In this document: positions 9,932-18,393 of the stretch, one piece after another | How the letters are laid out: the number at the start of each line of letters is the position of its first letter | Numbering within the stretch: the stretch's first letter is position 1 | Origin: Candidatus Nomurabacteria bacterium | GTDB taxonomy: Bacteria > Patescibacteriota > Minisyncoccia > Phycocordibacterales > UBA9973 | Assembly (NCBI GenBank): GCA_016699365.1 | Contig: CP064973.1 | Coordinates: forward strand, 365,684 to 429,683 | Reading direction: 5' to 3' | DNA length: 64,000 nt | Translations under genes and position numbers: made by a program | Notes under the pieces: model-generated | Told to the model about the DNA's origin: nothing | Database searches by the model: none | The model's input: only the letters and a program-made list of their open reading frames with translations

Positions 9932-10408
9932 ATGGCACGACCAAATGAAGAAAAGTCATTAATAATCATCAAACCAGATACACTTCAGCGAAATCTTGTG
10001 GGTGAAATAATAAGTCGCTTTGAAAGAAAGGGTTTGAAGATAATTGGTATGAAAATGATGACAGTAGAGGATGCTGTTTTAAAAGAACATTACGCACATA
10101 TTGCAGATAAACCATTTTTCCCTGGTATTTTAAATTACATGAAAACATGTCCTGTTATAGTAATGGCGGTTTCAGGTATCAATGCTATATCAGCAATAAG
10201 ACTAATAGTCGGCCCAACACGAGGATATGAAGCAGACGCTGGTAGCATAAGAGGAGATTTCTCTATGAGTGCTCAATCCAATCTGGTTCACGCATCTGAT
10301 TCTTTGGAGGCTGGAGAAAATGAGATAAAAAGATTTTTTAAATCGGAAGAATTATTTTCTTATGGAAAAATTGATACAGATTTAATATATTCTGAACACA
10401 AAGATTAA
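9932..10408 (+). CDS. ndk: nucleoside diphosphate kinase
   Basis: EKSLIIIKPDTLQRNLVGEIISRFERKGLKIIGMKMM and the active-site region GSIRGDFSMS...NLVHASDS. Confidence 0.9.
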   Translation: MARPNEEKSLIIIKPDTLQRNLVGEIISRFERKGLKIIGMKMMTVEDAVLKEHYAHIADKPFFPGILNYMKTCPVIVMAVSGINAISAIRLIVGPTRGYEADAGSIRGDFSMSAQSNLVHASDSLEAGENEIKRFFKSEELFSYGKIDTDLIYSEHKD

Positions 10409-10417
10409 TTTTTTGAC

Positions 10418-10448
10418 AAAAACCCATTAAGATGGGTTTTTGTTTTGT
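10418..10448 (+). terminator. intrinsic terminator after ndk (aaacccat taa gatgggttt + T run)
   Basis: Perfect hairpin followed by tttttgtttt. Confidence 0.6.
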
Positions 10449-10485
10449 TTAAAAGTTGTAAAACAAATAAAAATGTTCGTCTAGA

Positions 10486-10514
10486 TTGCGAGATTGAAAA
10501 CACTAGTCTATAAT
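10486..10514 (+). promoter_or_regulatory. sigma70-like promoter TTGCGA-17 bp-TATAAT
   Basis: TTGCGA at 10486-10491 and TATAAT at 10509-10514 with a 17-bp spacer. It drives the ~185-nt leader/sRNA described next. Confidence 0.4.
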
Positions 10515-10520
10515 ATCCAT

Positions 10521-10704
10521 AGGATTACTTACAAGTATTACCGAGAACATTTAAGTTTATGGGATTCTAATCTTTTGTAATGTTGGTGGAGCCGAAAGGT
10601 GACCGATACACTACATCGAGGAGGCCCACGTAGCATAAAATACGCTACGGTAAAACTCTGGGTAGTCCTAAAAAGTCTCTCTGCCGCGTGGCAGGGATTT
10701 TTTT
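10521..10704 (+). ncRNA. candidate structured leader or small RNA ending in an intrinsic terminator (ctgccgcgtggcag + T7) that abuts the ATG of the downstream membrane-protein gene
   Basis: The promoter-to-terminator unit lies wholly in an intergenic region. The terminator hairpin at 10681-10694 is followed by ggattttttt and then the ATG at 10705, an attenuator-like arrangement. The class was not identified. Confidence 0.3.
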
Positions 10705-11157
10705 ATGGTTTTAAAGTATAATATATCCATGACAACCGCAAAGTATATCAAAATCAGACTTCTTGGGCTTATTTTGTTTATTTTATTTACCAATCTTTTG
10801 GCAATGAAGTTCTTTTGGTATTTGAGTATTTGGTGGTTTGATATGCCGATGCACTTTTTAGGCGGAGTATTTTTAGGATTTTTATATATTGGACTTGGTC
10901 ATACTATAAAATCTAGCTTCTTTACTTTACCATCAGCTATCCTGTCTCGTTCTAGTGTAATTCGTTTCGTAATATTTGTTTTGTCGATTGGTTTTGCATG
11001 GGAAGTGTACGAATTTGGAGTCGCTCGTATAACATTTGGAGATTTAGGCACACCGCTCGATTCAATTAGTGATTTATTTTTTGATATAGCAGGAGGTTTG
11101 TTTGCTTACATTTTGGTTCTAAGAAATATATGGGCAAATAAAAATAATAATATATAA
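10705..11157 (+). CDS. hypothetical small membrane protein (4 predicted TM helices)
   Basis: Hydrophobic 150-aa ORF. It lacks the CrcB/Fluc GGxxTFSTF motif. Confidence 0.4.
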   Translation: MVLKYNISMTTAKYIKIRLLGLILFILFTNLLAMKFFWYLSIWWFDMPMHFLGGVFLGFLYIGLGHTIKSSFFTLPSAILSRSSVIRFVIFVLSIGFAWEVYEFGVARITFGDLGTPLDSISDLFFDIAGGLFAYILVLRNIWANKNNNI

Positions 11158-11165
11158 TATACTAG

Positions 11166-12533
11166 ATGGATAAAAAAGAAGCCGTTGTAACTTTTTGCTC
11201 TGGTGCAGGCACTGTGACTGGTGCTAATTTTCTTTTTGAAGCTAGTGGTCACAAAATACTAATTGATTGCGGTCTATTACAATCAACAAAACTTGCCGAT
11301 GAAATAAACTGGCAGGATTTCTCTTATGACCCAAAACAAATTGATGCTTTGTTTATAACACATGCGCATATAGACCACATAGGTCGTATACCAAAATTAT
11401 TCAAGGATGGATTCAGGGGTGTTATATATTCTACAAATGCTACCAAGGATTTAGCGCTACCTATGCTTTTAGACACAACTGTAATACTAGGTAGAGACAT
11501 AGAACATAAATTGGATGAGATATACACAGCAGAATCGGTAGTTGAAATTATGAAGCTATGGAAAGGTGTAGACTATCATGAGAAAGTTAGCGAATTCTCA
11601 GAATTAGAGATTTTTTATAAAGACGCTGGTCATATACTTGGTTCTGGAATGCTTTATATAAAATATAACGGCAAGAATATAGTCTTTACTGGAGACTTGG
11701 GCAATTCTCCTTCGCCTATACTTTTAGATACTGAAAAAGTCGACGATGCCGATTATATGATAATGGAATCTGTCTATGGTGATAGAAATCATGAGTCTAG
11801 AGGAGAGCGCAAACAAAGACTGCAGGCTATAATTCAAGATAATTTTAAAAGAAATGGGACATTGATAATCCCAACCTTCTCTCTCGAGCGTTCACAAGAA
11901 CTATTATTTGAAATAAATGATCTTGTTGAAAATGAGCGCATACCTAAGATGCCTATATTTTTTGATTCACCTCTAGCAATAAAACTAACAAAGGTTTATA
12001 GGAATTATGAAAAACTTCTAAACAAAGATGCTCTTGTCCATATAGACCATGGAGATGATATTTTTATGTTTAAGGGTTTACACACAACTCTAAAAACAGA
12101 AGAATCAAAGATGATATTAAATACACCAGACCCTAAGATAATTATTGCCGGAAGTGGTATGTCTAATGGGGGAAGGATTGTTCATCATGAAAAAAATTAT
12201 CTTCCAGACGAAAACAATACACTGCTTTTGATAGGGTATCAGTCTTCAGGCACAATGGGGCGTGCAATAGAAGATGGTGCTGAAACTGTAAAGATATTTG
12301 GTGAAGATGTCCCAGTTAGGGCCCATATTGAAAAAATTAGTGGATATTCTGGACACAAAGATTCTGACAATCTAATAAATTTTGTATCGGACACACAAGA
12401 AAGGGTAAAGAAAGTTTATCTGGCGATGGGAGAACCAAAGTCTTCATTATTTTTAGCTCAAAAGTTACGTGATAATTTTGGTATAGACGCAGTTGTGCCA
12501 AAAGGAGGGGATGTTGTAACCCTCGCATGCTAA
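11166..12533 (+). CDS. beta-CASP family MBL-fold hydrolase (RNA-metabolising metallo-beta-lactamase, RNase J/CPSF-like)
   Basis: HxHxDH motif FITHAHIDHIGRIP and a GD..NS/ESVYGD beta-CASP arrangement. Length 455 aa. Confidence 0.7.
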   Translation: MDKKEAVVTFCSGAGTVTGANFLFEASGHKILIDCGLLQSTKLADEINWQDFSYDPKQIDALFITHAHIDHIGRIPKLFKDGFRGVIYSTNATKDLALPMLLDTTVILGRDIEHKLDEIYTAESVVEIMKLWKGVDYHEKVSEFSELEIFYKDAGHILGSGMLYIKYNGKNIVFTGDLGNSPSPILLDTEKVDDADYMIMESVYGDRNHESRGERKQRLQAIIQDNFKRNGTLIIPTFSLERSQELLFEINDLVENERIPKMPIFFDSPLAIKLTKVYRNYEKLLNKDALVHIDHGDDIFMFKGLHTTLKTEESKMILNTPDPKIIIAGSGMSNGGRIVHHEKNYLPDENNTLLLIGYQSSGTMGRAIEDGAETVKIFGEDVPVRAHIEKISGYSGHKDSDNLINFVSDTQERVKKVYLAMGEPKSSLFLAQKLRDNFGIDAVVPKGGDVVTLAC

Positions 12534-12542
12534 TATATTTAT

Positions 12543-13175
12543 ATGGGTACTGAATATTTATGTTACAACGGTCCGATTGGGAATGGAGACAAACACAATC
12601 ATTTAAAAGTAAAGCTCGGTGTATCCGGTGCAGCAGAAACTGGTCACTGTGGTGTTAATGCACTCGAAAAGGCGAAAGAACTTGGTAGGGAAATAGTCCG
12701 ACAAGGTGGTATTCTCGTTACTGGTGCAACAACCGGATTTCCTCTTTGGAGTGCTATGGGTGCAAAAGAAGAAAAAGGAATGTCTATAGGCTTATCTCCT
12801 GCGACTAGTGAGCGAGAACATGTCGATACATACAGACTTCCTCTGGACTATATGGATTTGATTATATACACAGGATTTGGTTATCCAGGAAGAGATCTGC
12901 TATTTACTCGCACCTGTGATGCTGTGTTTATAGGTTGTGGACGTATAGGTACAATACATGAATTCACCATTGCTTTTGAAGACAACAAACCAATTGGAAT
13001 ACTAGAAGGTGAATGGGATACGGCTAAAGATATAAAAAAATTATTAGAAGACGGCCATAGACCAAATGCTAAAATCGTTTTTGATTCTGATCCAAAAGAG
13101 TTAGTAAAAAAAGTAATGAAGCTTGTTGAAGCAGACAAGGTTCAAGAGTTTAAATTAAAATCTGACTCTCTATAA
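12543..13175 (+). CDS. Rossmann-fold LOG-like/TIGR00725-like protein
   Basis: LGVSGAAETGHCG..GGILVTGATTG...PGRDLLFTRTCDAVFIGCGRIGTIHEF resembles the SLOG/LOG family topology. Assigned with moderate confidence. Confidence 0.45.
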   Translation: MGTEYLCYNGPIGNGDKHNHLKVKLGVSGAAETGHCGVNALEKAKELGREIVRQGGILVTGATTGFPLWSAMGAKEEKGMSIGLSPATSEREHVDTYRLPLDYMDLIIYTGFGYPGRDLLFTRTCDAVFIGCGRIGTIHEFTIAFEDNKPIGILEGEWDTAKDIKKLLEDGHRPNAKIVFDSDPKELVKKVMKLVEADKVQEFKLKSDSL

Positions 13176-13179
13176 AATA

Positions 13180-13209
13180 AAAAACTCCCCAAAGGTAGGG
13201 GAGTTTTTT
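13180..13209. terminator. bidirectional terminator hairpin (ctcccc aaaggta ggggag + T7)
   Basis: Lies between convergent 12543-13175(+) and rplT(-). Confidence 0.6.
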
Positions 13210-13211
13210 AT

Positions 13212-13556
13212 TTATGCTACTTGTTTGAATATCTTTTCAAAAGTTGCTGGATTTTCGATTGCGATTTGTGATAGAACTTTTCTATCCAATCCGATATTGT
13301 TCTTCTTTAGCTTGTCTATGAACTTGCTGTATGACATTCCTAGTTCGCGAGTTGCAGCATTTATGTCTACTTGCCAACTTGCTCTACGATCTGCCTTCTT
13401 GTCTTTTCTGTGTGCAAAAGCATGTGTTCCTGCGTGTGCAATAGCTTCTTTTGCTTGAGCTTCTTTAGTACTTCTTCCAAAACGATAACCTTTTGTTTTA
13501 GAAAGTACATTTTTGCGACGCTTGTTTTTTATGACTCCTCTTTTTACTCTTGACAT
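13212..13556 (-). CDS. rplT: 50S ribosomal protein L20
   Basis: MSRVKRGVIKNKRRKNVLSKTKGYRFGRS...AHRKDKKADRRASWQVDINA is an L20 signature. Confidence 0.9.
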   Translation of the reverse strand: MSRVKRGVIKNKRRKNVLSKTKGYRFGRSTKEAQAKEAIAHAGTHAFAHRKDKKADRRASWQVDINAATRELGMSYSKFIDKLKKNNIGLDRKVLSQIAIENPATFEKIFKQVA

Positions 13557-13557
13557 A

Positions 13558-13746
13558 TTACATATTTGGAAGCATCTGGCTTCTTATCTTATTTTTCATA
13601 ATAAACTCTTTCATCTTTCGGCCTGCAAGTTGTTCTGTACGACTTTGTTTTGCATTGAAGTGGTTGAATCCTGGTTTTCTACCCAAGAGCTTTCCGCTTT
13701 TTGTCTTTTTCAAACGCTTTGCGTATGATTTGTTTGTTTTTATCAT
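13558..13746 (-). CDS. rpmI: 50S ribosomal protein L35
   Basis: MIKTNKSYAKRLKKTKSGKLLGRKPGFNHFNAKQS is L35. It sits in the infC-rpmI-rplT arrangement. Confidence 0.85.
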   Translation of the reverse strand: MIKTNKSYAKRLKKTKSGKLLGRKPGFNHFNAKQSRTEQLAGRKMKEFIMKNKIRSQMLPNM

Positions 13747-13776
13747 AGTCTTCTTAAATATTTTTGCTTGTAATAA

Positions 13777-14298
13777 TTAAATGATTGCTTTTTTAGTATC
13801 ACGTTCTAGTGTTACTGTTATACCCTTTGGACCTCGTTTGTATGATTCGCTGACTTTATAATCTTCGGTTATGAGATGTAGTACTCGGTCCAATCTTTCT
13901 CGCAAGAATGCATCAGCCATGAATTTTGCTCTACCAGCAAGGAATAATTCAACTTTTATGCGATGGCCTTCTTTTAACCAATTTGAAGCTTGTTTAGCTT
14001 TTAGTTCGAGATCATGCTCGCCTGTAGCTATTTTAACTTGTATTGATTTTGTTTCTGTAGGTTTCGCTCCTGCTTTTGCCTTCTTCTGTTTCTTGTTTTG
14101 TTCATACTGATACTTCCCGAAGTCCATTATCTTTGCAACTGGGGGATTGGCGTTTGGAGATATTTCAATCAAATCCATGCCTCGCTCTATTGCCATATCT
14201 AGGGCTTCTTTGAATGAAAGTACACCCAAATTGCCATTTTCACTATCTATGACTCTTAGTTCTTTAGCTCGTATTTGGTTGTTTATGCGTTCTCGCAA
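13777..14298 (-). CDS. infC: translation initiation factor IF-3 (TTG start)
   Basis: RINNQIRAKELRVIDSENGNLGVLSFKEALDMAIERGMDLIEISPNANPPVAKIMDFGKYQYE aligns with the IF3 N- and C-domains. The annotated start codon is TTG at 14298-14296, a non-AUG start typical for infC. Confidence 0.85.
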   Translation of the reverse strand: MRERINNQIRAKELRVIDSENGNLGVLSFKEALDMAIERGMDLIEISPNANPPVAKIMDFGKYQYEQNKKQKKAKAGAKPTETKSIQVKIATGEHDLELKAKQASNWLKEGHRIKVELFLAGRAKFMADAFLRERLDRVLHLITEDYKVSESYKRGPKGITVTLERDTKKAII

Positions 14299-14419
14299 GC
14301 GTTCAGTATTGTTAAGAAATAGGTAATTTAGTTCGAATACCTTGGTCCATATAATAGCCTTTTATAAGGATAAAGTCAATAAACAGCTTGGCCTTTTGTT
14401 GTGCTAATCTATTTAATAT

Positions 14420-15175
14420 ATGGGGCCGATACTTTTCTATAAAAACCTAGGCGAAACACCTCTTGAGGCTATAGAGCGTTTTCGCCTTATAAACCCACTC
14501 TACAAGAATGTGCCTATGACATATGCTGGCAGATTGGACCCTGCGGCCACAGGTCTCTTAGTGCTCCTGGGGGGTGATTTATGCAAAGAAAAGGATCTGT
14601 ACACTAGTCTGCCAAAGACATATGAAGTTTCGATGCTTTTTGGTTTCAATACTGATTCATACGATCTTTTGGGTATTCCTAATATTTCTAAAAATAGTAA
14701 TAAAATATCAGAAGAAGATATAAAAAATGAATTGCAGAAAATTTTTACAAACACACCAATCACTTTGAATCAGAAATACCCGATATTCTCTTCTAAGACA
14801 ATAAAAGGTAAGTCCCTTATATCACTTGCTAGAGCTGGTATTGAAATTACAAGACCAAGACACAAAGTTGAGTTATATAGCGGATATTTGAAGTCTATAA
14901 AGAAAGCATCTAGTATAGAGATAGAGAATAGAGTTTCAGAAATATGCGGTTTGGTAAAAGGAGATTTTAGACAAGAAGAAACACTAAGGTCTTGGAGAAA
15001 TGTTTTAAAAAATTGGGGACATTTTACAATTGCTACATTTGAAATAAAAGTTGGTTCTGGTTTCTATGTCAGAACATTTGTAGATGATATTGGTAAAAAG
15101 TTAAAAACTGGAGCAGTTGTGTATTCGCTGAATCGAATAACAGTTGGGGATTATGAAATAGAAAATGCTCTCTAG
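14420..15175 (+). CDS. truB: tRNA pseudouridine synthase, TruB family
   Basis: Catalytic motif YAGRLDPAATGLLVLLGG with the conserved Asp. Length 251 aa. Confidence 0.65.
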   Translation: MGPILFYKNLGETPLEAIERFRLINPLYKNVPMTYAGRLDPAATGLLVLLGGDLCKEKDLYTSLPKTYEVSMLFGFNTDSYDLLGIPNISKNSNKISEEDIKNELQKIFTNTPITLNQKYPIFSSKTIKGKSLISLARAGIEITRPRHKVELYSGYLKSIKKASSIEIENRVSEICGLVKGDFRQEETLRSWRNVLKNWGHFTIATFEIKVGSGFYVRTFVDDIGKKLKTGAVVYSLNRITVGDYEIENAL

Positions 15176-15193
15176 AACCTAGAGAGCATTTGT

Positions 15194-16417
15194 TTAATTT
15201 TTGCGTGCCAAATTTGCATTTGAATATTCTTCTTCACCTGTAACTTCACGAATTACGTAAGGTTCAACGAACGACGGTATGATTATTTTCTGATTTTTTT
15301 CGGTCAGTTCGAGTTCCAGCAAAGAATCTTTTGGGAATCTTTTTAAACTCTGATCGAAGAAGTCGTGTTCCAAATACTGATCATCCCATATATAACAGGC
15401 TCTATCTTTTACGACTGGCCAGCATTTTGGATCTTGTCTTATAAGTAGAGTATTGTATTCGTTTTGCTCTAAAATCCTTTCTATTTCTTCTTTGGCGCTT
15501 TTACTATTCAAGATCGGTATCTTTATAGTGTTGTAAAAAGCAAAGAATCCACCTTGACCTTTTCTACGCACTCTTTCGCTTATGCCTCTCTCTGTTAGTA
15601 AATAGTGCTGTATGATGTTTACTTTTTGATAGTGGACAGGTATGTTAGACATTTTAAATTTTCTATCAATCAAAAATTTGCGTTCATCTTCGATTGGTAC
15701 AGGTATTCCTAGAAAATTAAAAACTAACTTAACAACTTCGTTTACTTTTCCTTTGAAGGTTTTGTTTTTGTTGTTCACTATTCGTAAATGTGCGTGCCCG
15801 GTCCAAGACTCTTTAAGTCTTTTGTCTCGGTATCGAGCTTGTCTAGGTGTTTCATACCTCGCTTCGTTACTCAATGTACTGTAGAAATCTAAGGCACCAT
15901 CTGCTGCGGTTACCATGTGTATCACTGCTTCGTATCGAGCATCTCGCAGTCCCACTACCGAATGTCCTTTTGATTGGATCATTTGTTCGTATGCTCTTTG
16001 TTCACGCCTGTTAACATAAGCCAATCCTTCGATTGCCCCACGGTCGTAGAGTATTACTACCTTTTCTGCACCTGTGTCTTTTGCGTATTGTTCGATCATG
16101 TCTTCATAATGCAACATGAAATCTAAAACATACTCTTGGAATTTTATACTTCCAGGTATGAGACGGGAGTTTATAAGGATCGTTGCTGTCTCATGAGCAA
16201 TAAGCACCTTATACCCAAGACTTGTTAGTTTGCTGTGTAAGACTGAAAGCACAGTAGTCTTGCCTGAGCATGGGCCACCAGTTAGAGCGATTTTGTATAT
16301 TCTTTGCTTTTTCATATTTAAATGTACTTTTATATACCCATTAAACGCGATTGTGCTCAGTAAGTCAAACCATAGTAAAAGGCGCATAATTTGTGCGCCT
16401 TTGTTTAGTTTATGCAA
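15194..16417 (-). CDS. fusion protein: N-terminal P-loop NTPase (NadR ribosylnicotinamide-kinase-like/AAA_28) + C-terminal CYTH (triphosphate tunnel metalloenzyme) domain
   Basis: Walker A IALTGGPCSGKTTVL lies near the N-terminus. The C-terminal domain begins with the CYTH hallmark EDERKFLIDRKF and continues with ...YIWDDQYLEHDFFDQ...LELELTE. Confidence 0.55.
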   Translation of the reverse strand: MHKLNKGAQIMRLLLWFDLLSTIAFNGYIKVHLNMKKQRIYKIALTGGPCSGKTTVLSVLHSKLTSLGYKVLIAHETATILINSRLIPGSIKFQEYVLDFMLHYEDMIEQYAKDTGAEKVVILYDRGAIEGLAYVNRREQRAYEQMIQSKGHSVVGLRDARYEAVIHMVTAADGALDFYSTLSNEARYETPRQARYRDKRLKESWTGHAHLRIVNNKNKTFKGKVNEVVKLVFNFLGIPVPIEDERKFLIDRKFKMSNIPVHYQKVNIIQHYLLTERGISERVRRKGQGGFFAFYNTIKIPILNSKSAKEEIERILEQNEYNTLLIRQDPKCWPVVKDRACYIWDDQYLEHDFFDQSLKRFPKDSLLELELTEKNQKIIIPSFVEPYVIREVTGEEEYSNANLARKN

Positions 16418-16818
16418 ATATTTTGGATCAAGTCGGGTAAGATAATCGAGTTAACACTGGGCCCTTTTTTTTCCAGCAACGCATCCTTACTATAAGTTTT
16501 TCCGTGAGGGAATATATACACCAATCCTACTATTTTAGAATTTATTTTTATCGTCCCTCCTGGCATCTTGCTCCATACATCTTTATTGATATTGAAGCTA
16601 ATGCAGCTTTCTGGATGTTTATCCATACTCCACTTGTTATTTTTTTTGTTGTATACACAAATGTTTTTCAGTAACACAAAAAGAAACTTCTCGCTTTGAG
16701 AGTAGTGTTCTATCTCTGCTCTGCAGTGTTTTCCGTGCCTATAGAACTCCACGTATCTATTGGCACCTTCAGTATTGAGTATGTGCGTAAGCTCTCTCCA
16801 ATTATCAACAGTTTTCAT
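16405..16818 (-). CDS. hypothetical protein
   Basis: 137-aa ORF whose 3' end overlaps the start of the AAA-CYTH gene by 13 bp. No family recognised. Confidence 0.35.
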   Translation of the reverse strand: MKTVDNWRELTHILNTEGANRYVEFYRHGKHCRAEIEHYSQSEKFLFVLLKNICVYNKKNNKWSMDKHPESCISFNINKDVWSKMPGGTIKINSKIVGLVYIFPHGKTYSKDALLEKKGPSVNSIILPDLIQNICIN

Positions 16819-16901
16819 ATGTAACTTTTTTTACATTTAATCATAAAAAGAGCGGGGTGTCAAAGGAAAAATAAATAGCCGATAATATCGGCTATGAAAA
16901 T

Positions 16902-17075
16902 TTATTTGAAAGATTTTGATCCAATTTTTACTGCCAAGTACGCAGCTCCAGAAGATGCTGTATTTTTCTTGAGCTTTGACCAGTCTATTTCCTCTGCGAT
17001 ATTTTTATTTTCACTTGAGGCTAACTTGAGCTCATTTATCAATACAAGCTTATTTATTGTTTCTTTGTCTAACAT
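16902..17075 (-). CDS. possible small protein (57 aa) MLDKETINKLVLINELKLASSENKNIAEEIDWSKLKKNTASSGAAYLAVKIGSKSFK
   Basis: It falls below the 60-aa track cutoff and was found by manual translation. It looks more protein-like than the antisense 69-aa ORF at 16894-17103. It lies ~60 bp downstream of conserved box A. Confidence 0.2.
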   Translation of the reverse strand: MLDKETINKLVLINELKLASSENKNIAEEIDWSKLKKNTASSGAAYLAVKIGSKSFK

Positions 17076-17134
17076 ATACGTCGTTTTTTGTGAGTATAGG
17101 TGAAAAATTCAATGAGTGCAAGGATGGGGGGTTG

Positions 17135-17187
17135 GTCACAGATATTTTGCTCGCCGTCGCTTGCAAAATTCCGCGACCCAGGCTCAC
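17135..17187. repeat. conserved ~53-bp box, copy A (gtcacagatattttgctcgccgtcgcttgcaaaattccgcgacccaggctcac)
   Basis: About 85% identical to 20873-20927, copy B. It contains a GTCGC-N12-GCGAC hairpin whose stem is conserved between copies while the loop differs. Confidence 0.6.
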
Positions 17188-17267
17188 TTGTTTTTCTTGC
17201 TAGAAAAATATAATTGCGCCTTTCGCCTCCCCCACGTGAAGTGCGCAGGCACTTCACTCATTTTCAC

Positions 17268-17305
17268 TGAAAAAATAAAAGCGCCTTTTGGGCGCTAATA
17301 TTTTT
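17268..17305. terminator. intrinsic terminator at the 3' end of tmRNA (gcgcc ttttg ggcgc flanked by A and T runs)
   Basis: Read on the minus strand it is GCGCCCAAAAGGCGC + UUUUAUUUUUU, immediately after the tmRNA acceptor end. Confidence 0.6.
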
Positions 17306-17310
17306 ACCAG

Positions 17311-17694
17311 TGGAAATGGGGGGAGTCGAACCCCCGTGCAAGGGAGGTTTCGTATGGAGTCTACGTGCATAGTTTGTTTTATTTGTTTAAAGCAAATATC
17401 TATAAAACCAACAAAATAATATTTACTCGATTCTCAATTGTTTCGAAAATTATCTGAGACGCGATATTTTTCTATCCCGATAGATGTTGCCTCGTGTATT
17501 TTATCGGAAGTCGAACACAGAGACACTCGCGAGCTTAAGCTCGAGCGAGAGCAAGATCAGCCATACCGAAGTATGGTGATGTTACCTTACCAAATGTTTT
17601 TGCATTTGAGTTTTGTGCGCTGTTTTACGAGCGTTTCGCACGAGCTCGGCACGCACCATACAAAACTAATCCTTTGTCGATGCCTTACATTCCC
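17311..17694 (-). ncRNA. ssrA: tmRNA (transfer-messenger RNA, ssrA), ~384 nt
   Basis: Minus-strand 5' end is GGGAATGTAAGGCATCGACAAAGG. The 3' end is GGGGGTTCGACTCCCCCCATTTCCA, a T-arm plus an acceptor that pairs with the 5' end. An internal tag reading frame is present, and the gene lies immediately downstream of smpB. Confidence 0.85.
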
Positions 17695-17698
17695 ATTA

Positions 17699-18160
17699 TT
17701 ACTTTTTCAAAGTTCTACCTATTTCACGATCTATATCACGTTTCTTGATTGTCTCACGTTTATCAAATTTCTTCTTACCTCGTGCGACCGCAACAGAGAC
17801 CTTTATCTTAGGGCCTTTATTATACAATGATATAGGTATTAGTGTCAAACCCTTAGTAGATTCGGTTTTTAATAGGGTTTCGATTTCTTTTTTGTTTAAT
17901 AGTAGTCGTCGAGTTCGAAGCGAGTCGTAATCTTCTTTGGTGTTATTCGGCTGATAAGGGGATATGTTCATCCCTAGGACATAAGCTTCACCACCTCTTA
18001 TTATTACACGCGCACCTTCAAGCGTTGCCTTGCCTGTTCGTATTGATTTGACCTCATTCCCAAAAAGCTCGATTCCTGCTTCTATTTTTTCCAGGAATTC
18101 GTAGTTGAAGTGAGCTTTTCGATTTTCAGTAAATGTAGGCATAGGCAGATTGTAGCACAT
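17699..18160 (-). CDS. smpB: SsrA-binding protein SmpB
   Basis: FNYEFLEKIEAGIELFGNEVKSIRTGKATLEGARV...RRLLLNKKEIETL...KIKVSVAVARGKKKFDKRE is an SmpB signature. The probable true start is the second Met at 18142. Confidence 0.85.
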   Translation of the reverse strand: MCYNLPMPTFTENRKAHFNYEFLEKIEAGIELFGNEVKSIRTGKATLEGARVIIRGGEAYVLGMNISPYQPNNTKEDYDSLRTRRLLLNKKEIETLLKTESTKGLTLIPISLYNKGPKIKVSVAVARGKKKFDKRETIKKRDIDREIGRTLKK

Positions 18161-18393
18161 TTATTTTCTGCATTTTTATAGCTCATTCATTCTCAAAGCT
18201 TTACTTTGAGAATGAATGAGCGAGGAAAGGGGATCGGGGAAAACTCTAGTTTTCTCCGTGGAGGAGAGCAGTGAAACGTTGAGAACCGAGAGGTTCTCAA
18301 AAAAAATTCTCTCGTTTAATATTGTATTTAATGATCTACAAAGATTATAGACGAGGGTAATTTTTTGGTGTATAGTGAAGTACGTTTAAATAT

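Noticed and set aside
10521-10704. Fluoride (crcB) riboswitch, or SRP/6S RNA identity for the leader
   Set aside because: The downstream protein lacks the Fluc/CrcB GGxxTFSTF motif. The leader lacks the fluoride aptamer core and the SRP domain IV GGAA/AGGAAG consensus. It is left as an unclassified leader.
14296-14358. Upstream in-frame AUU/AUA candidates as the infC start
   Set aside because: The extension (IIWTKVFELNYLFLNNTER) has no similarity to IF3 N-termini. TTG at 14298 aligns best, though the true start was not resolved.
16894-17103. ORF 16894-17103(+), 69 aa
   Set aside because: Hydrophobic and low-complexity, and not protein-like. The opposite-strand 57-aa ORF looks more plausible. 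Neither is certain.
17438-17930. ORFs 17438-17830(+) and 17745-17930(+)
   Set aside because: Antisense to the tmRNA and smpB; spurious.
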